A stretch of 64,000 nt of DNA from a bacterium (GTDB lineage Bacteria; Patescibacteriota; Minisyncoccia; Phycocordibacterales; CAIZIN01). Position numbers and translations under genes: made by a program. The notes beneath the pieces were generated by a model. That model was not told where the DNA came from and did no database searches. It saw nothing but the letters and a program-made list of their open reading frames with translations. This document shows positions 1 through 9,003 of this stretch, one piece after another. The stretch's first letter is position 1, and each line of letters opens with the position of its first letter. The DNA lies in assembly GCA_031409775.1 (NCBI GenBank), contig JANNXY010000042.1, positions 165 to 64,164 of the forward strand. Reading direction: 5' to 3'.

Positions 1-17
1 TCGGAGGGTTTTTAAAT

Positions 18-290
18 TTAATTCTTTACTTCAATTAGACTTTCAATCTCATCATATTTTGCCCGAAGAACCGCTTGTTCATCGAAATCTGGGGTTCTTC
101 CTGTATTTGAAAATTCATGGGTCATATCATGTAGCTCAGTAAGCTTGGCGGATGCTGCTTCGTAGTTGGCTGGACCTATTTGGCCTCGCAACTGAAATAA
201 ATTATCCAAATTAACCCCTACTTTGTTAAGAAAATTACTAAACCATTTTTTTCCTTCCTCATTTTCTTTTATTGGATCACCTTCACTCAT
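18..290 (-). CDS. hypothetical small protein (90 aa), no recognisable motif
   Basis: Intact ORF 15 nt downstream of, and co-directional with, the large membrane protein gene; no homology recognised. Confidence 0.35.
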   Translation of the reverse strand: MSEGDPIKENEEGKKWFSNFLNKVGVNLDNLFQLRGQIGPANYEAASAKLTELHDMTHEFSNTGRTPDFDEQAVLRAKYDEIESLIEVKN

Positions 291-305
291 TTTTGTATAT
301 TAATT

Positions 306-3140
306 TTAATTGTTAGAAATTATATCATTATTTTCTGGTTTTGGCTTGTTTTGTCTGATTATATAGGCAAACATTAGCCCAAACAGTATTACAACGAGTC
401 CCAACCCTCCCCACACGATCCATGGATATTTCTCTGTTATACGGCTCTCGTCTGGATCACATTTGTCCCCCACTTTGTCTAGATCGATATCACTCTGGTT
501 CTGGTTCGGCTCGTTTACACAGTTGTCTGTGCTGTTCACTACTCCATCACGATCGAAGTCATCGCAGGCATCCCCACGGCCGTTCTGATCTACATCACTC
601 TGATCAGTGTTGGCGATACGAACACAGTTATCCTGCATATCAGGGATGTTGTCCTTGTCAGTATCTGCAGGTTTATAGTCTGAATTCTGAACTATTTTTC
701 CTATAGATGCTTTCACCACGCCCTTGTCATCTCTCAGATTTGGCATCTCGCCGGTATTCAATGCCACAAATGATTCTGGGTCGCTATAAATGCGGTAACC
801 CACTCCTGGTTGAGCTAGAAACCGAACTGCAGAGTATGACTTTACTGTATCGAGATTTATTATCGTTAACTCATTGATTCGCAAGGGCTGTGAATATTCC
901 ATCTGAATAGTCCAGTTTGATGAATTGGTTTCTGGAAATTGTATAGTGTTCGAATTAGGTCGGATTCTGGAGAGGATTACTTTCTCATTTCCATTTGTAT
1001 CAAATGCCCTTACGGTAATAGAGGTAGGCAAAGCTACGTACTGATCAAAAGAAAAAACAATCGAATTGCTTCGAATAGATTTAGGGTACCGGAGAGAAAG
1101 AGAAACGGAACCCTGTGAACCATCTGCGGGCAAATCAAATGTTCGAGAGGTTTCGTAGTCATCGTCAGAAAGTTCATCAGAATTACTTGGGGTCATTTTC
1201 GTACTCGAATCTCCAACAATCAAACTCGGAATAAATTTATTTGATCCTGGTACGAAAACTCCAACTAGAGAGCGCGAATTATTATGTATAGGAACTTCTA
1301 CAACAGTCGGGACTTTAATCTCTGGGATGATTACACTTCCCACATTTCTAAATGATCCTACTTGAGCTGCCTGAGCTATGGTCATAGCACTTACTACATT
1401 CCCACCCAGTAAAGGAATTACCAAAAGTAAAACTAGCGCCGCAGGCTTACTTTTCTTTATAAAAGCAGTACTGATAAAGAGGATCCCAATAACGATAAAT
1501 GTCACAATGCGCGGTGCGAGATCCATATGCCACACATCTACGAATACAAGCCTAGCGACCACCAGTATAAGTATTGTTGCGCCATAGTGCTTGAAATTGA
1601 TCACATTACTCATAAGCCCATAAACATATGCAGCCAGTCCGATAATACTGTACACCAGCAATGATCCAAATGTCGCGGTACTTTCTAGAGTATTCCCTGC
1701 ATGGAAGCACAGCCACACAAGTGACAACAGATACACGGAACCTACTACATTGAGCGCAGTGTGGCCGTAGAGATGTGCAATACCTTTGTCTGCATCTTCT
1801 TTGTGAGACGAATAATAAAATACTCCGAGGAACATAAATGTAAGTCCCACCGCGAGAATGACAGAGAAATCCTCGTGCAATATATATGTGTTCCATTTAT
1901 TTGATAGAAAGCTTGGCAATGCCATGAGAGCCGGCACCGCCATAAGCCACGCCATCGCGTAGCCTGCAGAAATTTTCTTGGTAACCAAATAGCTTGCAAT
2001 AGATATTGCAGCCGCTTCGAATGTAAATGCGAGCACAAGCGATGGCCCATCGAGCTCTATGGACGTCGCTACCGCGAGGAATACCACTGATACGAGAGAA
2101 TATACGTAGAACAATTTCTCTTTGCCGGTCTTTACATATACGAAGAAGCTCCCTGCTGCAAATACCACCATCCACACTGCGAGCACCATACTCTGCAACT
2201 CCTCACGTACTATGGTCATGGTAGTAAGCATGATGAGTATTGAATTTATAATTGCCACAAATACATCAGACGGACTCGCTCCAGACTTAGACCGAACAAG
2301 TCCTATAATGCTCACTGCGAAATACAGTACAGATAGCACAAAAATAATGCCCAGTATAAAAAGATTATCTCGAGCTTCGAATCTGTCAAAGACATTCCAC
2401 ATACTATAGAATAATATTCCGAGAACAGAAACAGCATTTACCACCCTCCAATTCTTCATAGCTGCGACCCAGACAGACCCCACAGTGATCACGAGCAGAT
2501 AGACATAGAGCAGATCGATGTCCACGCGACTATCAGTGAGTATCGGCGCGATGAAGCCTATGAGTACAGAATAAATCGCAAGCCTTCTCATATCGAACAT
2601 CACCGCCACAAAGCCCAGGTATACTGCGACGATAAATGGTATTGATAGAGCTACTGCAGGAGTAAAGAATCCATAGACCACCTGCGATGCGTAGCTAGTT
2701 ATGACCACGAGAGCCGAACCAAGTACGAGGAGCATTGTTCCCTGCACGCTGTTTGATTGCATACGCAAGGTTCCCCACACAGCGATGATCGATCCCACGA
2801 TGAGCCCGAGCGCCACGCGAGCATGGGGACCTATCCAATTGTGCACGAATGCATAACTTATAAACCAGCCGAATCCAACGAGGATCATTAGTACACCGAC
2901 CTTGAGCAGCCAGTTCTCGCTAAACCATTTAAAGAATTTGTCCAGTGGATCCGGTCCGGATGGCGGAGGCATCACGTACGCGGGTTGTGCAGGAGCGGAA
3001 ACTGGATTATAAGCAACTACGGGTGCCACCCTCTCAACTGACTTGTGCCCGATCTGTGCTTCGAGGTTCGACACGCGGCTAGATAGACTAACTAGCTTGA
3101 TAATCACCACCACGAGCGCTACAAATAGTATAAATGACAT
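306..3140 (-). CDS. polytopic membrane protein (DUF2339-like, >20 predicted TM helices) with C-terminal thrombospondin type-3-like Ca-binding repeats and a terminal TM anchor
   Basis: 944 aa ORF. The N-terminal ~600 aa is dominated by hydrophobic helices. The C-terminal region contains repeated DxDxDGxxDxxDNC-type motifs (DTDKDNIPDMQDNC; DQSDVDQNGRGDACDDFDRDGVVNSTDNC; DIDLDKVGDKCD). A final hydrophobic segment WIVWGGLGLVVILFGLMFAYII follows. Confidence 0.6.
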   Translation of the reverse strand: MSFILFVALVVVIIKLVSLSSRVSNLEAQIGHKSVERVAPVVAYNPVSAPAQPAYVMPPPSGPDPLDKFFKWFSENWLLKVGVLMILVGFGWFISYAFVHNWIGPHARVALGLIVGSIIAVWGTLRMQSNSVQGTMLLVLGSALVVITSYASQVVYGFFTPAVALSIPFIVAVYLGFVAVMFDMRRLAIYSVLIGFIAPILTDSRVDIDLLYVYLLVITVGSVWVAAMKNWRVVNAVSVLGILFYSMWNVFDRFEARDNLFILGIIFVLSVLYFAVSIIGLVRSKSGASPSDVFVAIINSILIMLTTMTIVREELQSMVLAVWMVVFAAGSFFVYVKTGKEKLFYVYSLVSVVFLAVATSIELDGPSLVLAFTFEAAAISIASYLVTKKISAGYAMAWLMAVPALMALPSFLSNKWNTYILHEDFSVILAVGLTFMFLGVFYYSSHKEDADKGIAHLYGHTALNVVGSVYLLSLVWLCFHAGNTLESTATFGSLLVYSIIGLAAYVYGLMSNVINFKHYGATILILVVARLVFVDVWHMDLAPRIVTFIVIGILFISTAFIKKSKPAALVLLLVIPLLGGNVVSAMTIAQAAQVGSFRNVGSVIIPEIKVPTVVEVPIHNNSRSLVGVFVPGSNKFIPSLIVGDSSTKMTPSNSDELSDDDYETSRTFDLPADGSQGSVSLSLRYPKSIRSNSIVFSFDQYVALPTSITVRAFDTNGNEKVILSRIRPNSNTIQFPETNSSNWTIQMEYSQPLRINELTIINLDTVKSYSAVRFLAQPGVGYRIYSDPESFVALNTGEMPNLRDDKGVVKASIGKIVQNSDYKPADTDKDNIPDMQDNCVRIANTDQSDVDQNGRGDACDDFDRDGVVNSTDNCVNEPNQNQSDIDLDKVGDKCDPDESRITEKYPWIVWGGLGLVVILFGLMFAYIIRQNKPKPENNDIISNN

Positions 3141-3178
3141 AATTTATGAATTAATAATTATGTCTATATATTACCATG

Positions 3179-4960
3179 TTATGACAATTTCTCTAGCCTA
3201 GCTATATCTTCCTCGATAGATTTGAGCCCCGCTTCAAAGAATTCCGGCTTAGAGGTATCGACGCCGATGTCCTTAAATATCTGATACGGTGATTTGGAAC
3301 CACCAGCAGACAAGAACTCTTTTATCTTGTTTATGAAACCCTTGTCTTCTTTGTACTTGGCATAGAGCGCTTTGGAAATTATCTGACCATAAGCGTAGGA
3401 GTAGACGTAGAAGAAATATCTAAAGTGAGAAACGTAGACAAATGAATATCCCTCGTCTGGCTTCACATCCATCGCTTTACCTATGTAGCTCTCGATATGC
3501 TTCTTGTATAAGTCGGCGTACTCCCTGCTCGAAAGTGCCCCTTTTTGCCTCACCAAGTTGTGCATTTCGAGCTCGAAGTTAAAGAAAGCGATCTGGCGGA
3601 ATATGGTAGACATGTCATCCTGGATACGATCGAACAGGGCTATTTTCTTTTCTTTCTCTGACATCATTTCAAACACTTTCTCGAATGCAATGTTCTCGAA
3701 GAATGTTGAAGCAACTTCGGCAACAGAAATAGTATAGTTTTCATACAACACCGGCTGGCTACGAGAAAGTTCCGAATGTATCGCATGTCCCATCTCGTGA
3801 GCTAGAGTAGTATATGAGTTCAAGTTGTCCGTGTGATTGAGGAGAATTATGGTTGGTATATCGTGGCCGTTATTGCAAAATGCACCAGTTCTCTTGCCTT
3901 TCATAGGATAAACATCTATCCTCCCTGACTCTGCCATACTGAGTAGTATATTGCTGAATTTCACATCAGCACTAGCAAATGATTCTGCCGCCAAATCTAC
4001 CGCTTTGTTGAAAGGGATTTTCATCTTGGTCTTGCCTATACTTATCGAAGTGTCTGCTATGCGGAGCTTCTTTAGCTTGAGTAGCTTGGCTTTGAGTTTG
4101 TAGAACTTATGTGAAATGTAGAATTTATCAGTTATAGTATTGACCAAAGTCTCTATAGAATTCAAATCATTCTGGTAACCCACAACAGTTAGCTCATATG
4201 GTTTAGAGACATTGCGTAGATCATCGTCAATTTTCTTGTTGGTAACTACAGCGTTGAGCTCGGCTTCTGCAATAAATGAAATACTTTTTAGCTTCTGTGA
4301 TATCAGGTCACGAAGCTTGTAGCGGTCGGATTTGTTTAGCTCATTTATCATTCCTATCGCTTTACCCATCGGTAGCTTCTTGCCTTTCCATACTATCTGC
4401 TGCTGGTCCTGGAGCTTGCCTGAAACATCTGTCCACATGTTGTAGGCAGGCTGACGCTTGAGGTTGATGATCTTTTCTTCGGCTTCAGTTAAATTGTATT
4501 TGGCAGTAATAAAAATCCTTTCCAAGAAATATTTGTAACCTCCAAGAGTTTTATTAGTTAGAAATTCTTTTTGTTTATCTTTATCAATCTTACCAAGAGC
4601 AATTTCAAAGAAAATAATCTGGTTCGCAGCCATAGTTAGTCTGTTCTCCATCTTGTTTAACATCGCACGCATTGTGTCATTGTTACTATCCTTTTCTAAA
4701 AGCATCGACAGATACCAACCCGGCTTCCAAGTGCCTGCGGTTCTGTTTAGATTTTCCCAGTCTTCGAGTGCTTTGGCCAAACCTTCAGAAGTTTCTAGAT
4801 AATCAGATTTGTCTTTGTATTTCTTGGCAAACTTCCAGTAAACTTTCTCAATCATTTTGCAATCTTCTTCGATCCGAGGATCACTGATAGATTTGTAAAT
4901 ATCACTAAAATCCCATTCGGTCTTATACTTTGTATTTTTGCTGGTTTTTAAGTTTTTCAT
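3179..4960 (-). CDS. pepF: oligoendopeptidase F (peptidase M3B)
   Basis: 593 aa; HEMGH zinc-binding HExxH motif and overall PepF-like sequence (LAHEMGHAIHSE). Confidence 0.85.
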   Translation of the reverse strand: MKNLKTSKNTKYKTEWDFSDIYKSISDPRIEEDCKMIEKVYWKFAKKYKDKSDYLETSEGLAKALEDWENLNRTAGTWKPGWYLSMLLEKDSNNDTMRAMLNKMENRLTMAANQIIFFEIALGKIDKDKQKEFLTNKTLGGYKYFLERIFITAKYNLTEAEEKIINLKRQPAYNMWTDVSGKLQDQQQIVWKGKKLPMGKAIGMINELNKSDRYKLRDLISQKLKSISFIAEAELNAVVTNKKIDDDLRNVSKPYELTVVGYQNDLNSIETLVNTITDKFYISHKFYKLKAKLLKLKKLRIADTSISIGKTKMKIPFNKAVDLAAESFASADVKFSNILLSMAESGRIDVYPMKGKRTGAFCNNGHDIPTIILLNHTDNLNSYTTLAHEMGHAIHSELSRSQPVLYENYTISVAEVASTFFENIAFEKVFEMMSEKEKKIALFDRIQDDMSTIFRQIAFFNFELEMHNLVRQKGALSSREYADLYKKHIESYIGKAMDVKPDEGYSFVYVSHFRYFFYVYSYAYGQIISKALYAKYKEDKGFINKIKEFLSAGGSKSPYQIFKDIGVDTSKPEFFEAGLKSIEEDIARLEKLS

Positions 4961-4969
4961 CTAGCCAAT

Positions 4970-5545
4970 CTAACATATATCCCGAAGGATACCAAAATCC
5001 TTTACCAAAGTATCTTTCAATTTCTGATTATAGATTGCGGCTGCGGGGTGGTAGAGCGGGATGATTTTTACTTTACCCCATTTAGAATCTGCGAGATATG
5101 ACTTGCCATGTGCAGCGGAAATTGGCTCGATCTCATAACTCAAGCCAAATTTATCCATAATATAATTCATAGAATAACGACCGAGAGTGGCGATGACTTT
5201 CGGCTTGATTATTTCTAATTCCTGATCTAGATGTGGTCCGTACAATCTGATTTCCTCGGGAGTTGGATCGCGGTTCTCTGGCGGGCGGTCGTTTACGATA
5301 TTGGTGATGTAGATATCATCTCGGCTTAGGTTTACCGACTCGAGCAATCCATCTAGAATCTTCCCTGCTGCACCACAGAAAGGTTTGCCAGATTTGGCCT
5401 CATTGCGGCCTGGAGCCTCCCCTACGAACACGATCTCAGCTGTGTGACTTCCCTCACCTACCACAGGTAAGTAGCCGTTTTCGGTGCGATATTTGTAGAG
5501 GGGTAGCTTTGTATTATTTATGAGTTCTTTGTAAATAGAGTCCAT
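4970..5545 (-). CDS. uracil-DNA glycosylase superfamily protein (family-4-like)
   Basis: 191 aa; GEAPG motif (motif A of family 4/5 UDGs) and a C-terminal HPAA motif (YHPAAAIY). Only two Cys residues, so probably no Fe-S cluster. A TATAAT box lies 6 nt upstream of the ATG, suggesting a leaderless transcript. Confidence 0.7.
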   Translation of the reverse strand: MDSIYKELINNTKLPLYKYRTENGYLPVVGEGSHTAEIVFVGEAPGRNEAKSGKPFCGAAGKILDGLLESVNLSRDDIYITNIVNDRPPENRDPTPEEIRLYGPHLDQELEIIKPKVIATLGRYSMNYIMDKFGLSYEIEPISAAHGKSYLADSKWGKVKIIPLYHPAAAIYNQKLKDTLVKDFGILRDIC

Positions 5546-5744
5546 GGGGAGATTATAACATCCCTCCTGCCTCAGAAGGCAGTGCTCCCTTCAAAGGGAG
5601 AATTATACTCGCAGCTTCCCCAAAACTACGTTTATAACTGCAGCTAGGAACAGGAGCACAGGTACCTCGTGATGGGTTACAAATATTTCTAAATAGTGCA
5701 AAGTATTATTTACAAAAGAAACAAGTGATGTATGTGTCATATGT

Positions 5745-5780
5745 ACGCAAGAAAGCCTCTTCCGAAATAGAAAGAGGCTT
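5745..5780 (+). terminator. rho-independent terminator-like hairpin (GCCTCTTCCGAAATAGAAAGAGGC followed by TTTT)
   Basis: Perfect 9-bp GC-containing stem with a T-run on the plus strand only. No annotated plus-strand gene lies upstream. Confidence 0.5.
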
Positions 5781-5840
5781 TTAATGCTTGATTATCTTTC
5801 CACTTGGATGTGGACTAGAATTAGCACCTAACTCAATAGG

Positions 5841-6284
5841 TTGCTCACAGGTCGTTGGGCTAGTTCCCTCGCTGTAGTCTGGATATCGTATGAGGCTTTC
5901 AATGCTTTGCTTATTATACCACACTATGATAATGTGCAAGCAGAAAAACATCGACTTATGCACCATAATACATTATTCCACTTTGGTGAAGCTGCAATTT
6001 CACATGCAGAATTATGTGCTGAAACACTTCTCAATGCCGATCCAGATAAAATGCTTCACAGTTTGGATAAGGATGGTTTCTACTACATGCTCTATGGAGA
6101 TGAACTTAAGTATTTGATAATCTTTAGCAGATTCTTTGATCCTGAAGCGAATTTTGTTACGCTGCGCGGTTGCCCTACTGGTCCTGGGAGACAAGCTGGT
6201 AGGGACGAGATAATGAGACATATTGGGTCAGCAAAGAGATTTGCTACGGAGGTACTGGAAAGATGCAAAGAGCTCAGAGCCTAG
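5841..6284 (+). CDS. hypothetical protein (uncertain ORF)
   Basis: 147 aa ORF with no recognisable motifs. It overlaps conflicting ORFs on both strands, so the coding status is unresolved. Confidence 0.25.
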   Translation: MLTGRWASSLAVVWISYEAFNALLIIPHYDNVQAEKHRLMHHNTLFHFGEAAISHAELCAETLLNADPDKMLHSLDKDGFYYMLYGDELKYLIIFSRFFDPEANFVTLRGCPTGPGRQAGRDEIMRHIGSAKRFATEVLERCKELRA

Positions 6285-6296
6285 AACAGGTTCTTT

Positions 6297-6566
6297 TTAA
6301 TTTATCGCACCTTCTTTGCGTAGTAATTCCTTCTTACTCTTGCCCTGCAAGCCATTGTACTCACCAATTTTGCCATCGCTTCGGATCACGCGGTGACAGG
6401 GCACAGATTTATCAGCATTTGCTGCCATGATAGTCCCTACTGCCCGAGATGCTCCGGGACTACCGGCCTTGGTAGCGACACCCTTGTAGGTCATGGTCAT
6501 CCCCTTTGGAATTTTCTTTACTATGCTTAAAACTTTTTCTTTAAATTTATTTTTTGCTTCTTTCAT
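6297..6566 (-). CDS. MGMT-family methylated-DNA--protein-cysteine methyltransferase DNA-binding domain protein
   Basis: 89 aa; PCHRV active-site motif (VPCHRVIRSDGKIGEY) typical of the Ogt/Ada C-terminal domain. Confidence 0.7.
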   Translation of the reverse strand: MKEAKNKFKEKVLSIVKKIPKGMTMTYKGVATKAGSPGASRAVGTIMAANADKSVPCHRVIRSDGKIGEYNGLQGKSKKELLRKEGAIN

Positions 6567-6576
6567 TTATATATAT

Positions 6577-7413
6577 TTAGCATCCACAGAGATCCTTGAT
6601 GTCTTGCATAATCTGATCCTTCTTCTCTAGAAGCGACGGCATAGCGTGCAATATATCCTCGCGATCTTTGAGCGTGACACAGTCCACAATCTTCTGGGAA
6701 ATTATATACTGCTTCTCTGCTGTGGTAAGTGACGGCAGACATGTCACGGGGTGAATACCTGTCTCGATGATCATGTCATGCAGGTGACCCTTGGCTGGAT
6801 AGTTCCACCCGATCATGTTCACACCAGCGCAGGTGCCGTATTGGATGGCCTTCTCTGTAAATTTAGTATTGGTGATAAGCAATCCATCTGTCATCTGCTT
6901 CTGTCCATCAGGAGTTGTAACTTGTACATTGCGCAAGTCGTCGAAACGGGATTTGATATATAGAGCGACCTTGAGGTCGGATTTGGCACCCAGCTCGCTA
7001 TGGAATTTCACCTCGCCTAGGATAAGTGTCTGATCATTCCATGCCACTACATCTACCTCGTGATCAACGCACGTACCTTGGATAATTCTGCCAGTTTCTA
7101 CATTGTAACCCTTCTTGCGCAGTATTGCTGCGACGAACTGCTCGAATGGGAATCCCGTAGGACCGAACTCTGCGATAGATCGGCGGAGCGAGTAACGGAG
7201 TGCGGGAGTCCTACCAACCTTGTCATGGAGCAAGTCAAATGCTCTACGGTAAATAACATTGGTAGTTACAGGCTCTTTGATCCAAGCAGAAATTTCTTCC
7301 GATATTTCCTTTGCTGTTATAACAGATGCACCGGCTCGCTCTAGCGAGCTGCGTAGCTTCTGTGCGTCGAATTCTTCTTCGGTTCCGTCGGTTTTGAGTA
7401 TCAGGGGTTTCAT
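6577..7413 (-). CDS. ATP-cone domain protein fused to a PD-(D/E)xK (Mrr-like) restriction-endonuclease-fold domain
   Basis: The N-terminal ~90 aa resembles an ATP-cone (MKPLILKTDGTEEEFDAQKL...). The central region carries a D...EVK nuclease motif (CVDHEVDVVAWNDQTLILGEVKFH). It lies 10 nt upstream of the MGMT-like gene. Confidence 0.55.
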   Translation of the reverse strand: MKPLILKTDGTEEEFDAQKLRSSLERAGASVITAKEISEEISAWIKEPVTTNVIYRRAFDLLHDKVGRTPALRYSLRRSIAEFGPTGFPFEQFVAAILRKKGYNVETGRIIQGTCVDHEVDVVAWNDQTLILGEVKFHSELGAKSDLKVALYIKSRFDDLRNVQVTTPDGQKQMTDGLLITNTKFTEKAIQYGTCAGVNMIGWNYPAKGHLHDMIIETGIHPVTCLPSLTTAEKQYIISQKIVDCVTLKDREDILHAMPSLLEKKDQIMQDIKDLCGC

Positions 7414-7424
7414 TGGGGGATTTG

Positions 7425-7904
7425 CTAGCCTTTGATATCGATCTCTACTTCATCTATATTCTTGTCTGCTGGTACCTCAAACAGATTCAGCTGGATTGGC
7501 TTGCTATTCATTAAACCCTGAATTGACATAGGGTTTCCACCGGTTGTTTCTACTTTGAATTTCCTGTTGGTGATAACTTGGCTGCAAATTTCTTCTTCGT
7601 TTCTAGATGTATCCAGTGTGATAGTTGCAGATGTCTCGGTGTCTTTGGATATTGCAGAGACTAGGCTATAGCAAGGTGTAGGGAGATCGAGTGATCCAGC
7701 GTATATATGCTTGCCGTCTTTGTATTGATGCTTCACATTGATCACAGATACATAGTAGTCGCTGCCTGGGATAGGTAGGTTGTCTACTACGTCGTTCTTG
7801 TTCCAGTTCATCGCAGAATATACTCCCGCCACTAGAAGTATTATGACCAGTAGTACTGCAATAATCTTGCCCATATTATTTGAATTTTGCATATTTTCGT
7901 CCAT
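7425..7904 (-). CDS. membrane-anchored hypothetical protein
   Basis: 159 aa; N-terminal hydrophobic anchor (IIAVLLVIILLVAGVY) followed by a soluble domain; no homology recognised. Confidence 0.4.
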   Translation of the reverse strand: MDENMQNSNNMGKIIAVLLVIILLVAGVYSAMNWNKNDVVDNLPIPGSDYYVSVINVKHQYKDGKHIYAGSLDLPTPCYSLVSAISKDTETSATITLDTSRNEEEICSQVITNRKFKVETTGGNPMSIQGLMNSKPIQLNLFEVPADKNIDEVEIDIKG

Positions 7905-7919
7905 ATAGTTTATATTAGT

Positions 7920-8996
7920 TTATAACAAATCTATTATACCACCACCTACACATTCCTCGCCATCATATATAACTAGCGACTGGCCAGAAGCGATGGTAGC
8001 TGGAAATCCTGATTTGCTATTTGCTTTCCAAATATTTCCATGATTTTCTAAATCAATTTCGATCAATTCTCCGTGATATCTGTACTGTGCAGTTAGATTG
8101 TGATTACTTGTCCACTTTTCTTTGTCTAGAATATTTACTTTGGATAAATTAATAATATGGTCTGTGTGATTTTCGTTAGACTGCTTGGTTCCCACTGTAA
8201 TAGTATTGTTATCGATATTTTTACTTAGTACATAAAGTGGTTTGTCATTATCTGTCTTCGCCTGTATCGTGAATCCATGTCGCTCTCCAATACTATAGAA
8301 AAACGCTCCGTCGTGGTATCCTATCACTTCGCCTTTAGTATTTAGAACATCTCCCCTTTTTTCCTTTATAAAGTTCTTTAGAAAATCTTTCATGTTTAAT
8401 TTACCTAGAAAGCACAATCCCTGACTATCCTTCTTGTCACTTGTAAATAATTTGAATTTCTTTGCGAGTTTTCTCACTTCGGCTTTCTCGAGCCCACCTA
8501 TCGGGAACTGGATATTATTTAAATCTTCTTTCTTTATTCCATACAAGAAATACGATTGCTCTTTGGCCTTGTCTTTGCTCTTGAACAATCTACCATTTAT
8601 CACCTGAGCATAGTGGCCTGTCGCTACATAGTTTGCACCGTTGGCCATCGCCCAATTATAAAATACGCCGAATTTCACATGAGTATTGCACATCACATCT
8701 GGGTTCGGGATTCTACCTACGCGGTATTCTGCGATCATATAGTCCACAACCTCTTTCTTGTACGCTTCCACAGCATCGCAATCTCGGAAAGGTATGCCGA
8801 GCTGTGCACAGATTCGCATCGCGTCTCTCCTATCGTCACGGCTCGTGCATTCCATAAATGGTGGCTGCCAGACGTTGATAAACACTCCAGTCACATCGTA
8901 TCCAGCATCTACTAGCATCGCTGCCGCCACCGACGAGTCTACCCCGCCCGATATGCCTACAAAAACTTTTTTACCTTTTCCATTTTCAACTTTCAT
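7920..8996 (-). CDS. mnmA: tRNA-specific 2-thiouridylase MnmA
   Basis: PP-loop SGGVDSS (VGISGGVDSSVAA) and overall MnmA architecture, 358 aa. Confidence 0.9.
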   Translation of the reverse strand: MKVENGKGKKVFVGISGGVDSSVAAAMLVDAGYDVTGVFINVWQPPFMECTSRDDRRDAMRICAQLGIPFRDCDAVEAYKKEVVDYMIAEYRVGRIPNPDVMCNTHVKFGVFYNWAMANGANYVATGHYAQVINGRLFKSKDKAKEQSYFLYGIKKEDLNNIQFPIGGLEKAEVRKLAKKFKLFTSDKKDSQGLCFLGKLNMKDFLKNFIKEKRGDVLNTKGEVIGYHDGAFFYSIGERHGFTIQAKTDNDKPLYVLSKNIDNNTITVGTKQSNENHTDHIINLSKVNILDKEKWTSNHNLTAQYRYHGELIEIDLENHGNIWKANSKSGFPATIASGQSLVIYDGEECVGGGIIDLL

Positions 8997-9003
8997 TTTA
9001 ACT

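Noticed and set aside
422-2409. Several 60-100 aa ORFs on both strands inside the large membrane-protein gene (e.g. 422..706 +, 1378..1587 +, 1606..2175 -, 2027..2409 +)
   Set aside because: They are embedded within a long, coherent 944-aa ORF with strong membrane-protein character. They are short and Cys/Arg-rich or otherwise compositionally odd, so they are shadow ORFs.
5781-6221. Overlapping ORFs 5781..5966 (-), 5890..6117 (+), 6012..6221 (-)
   Set aside because: They conflict with each other and with the 5841..6284 ORF, have no motifs, and none is preceded by a convincing RBS. Only the longest ORF was kept, at low confidence.
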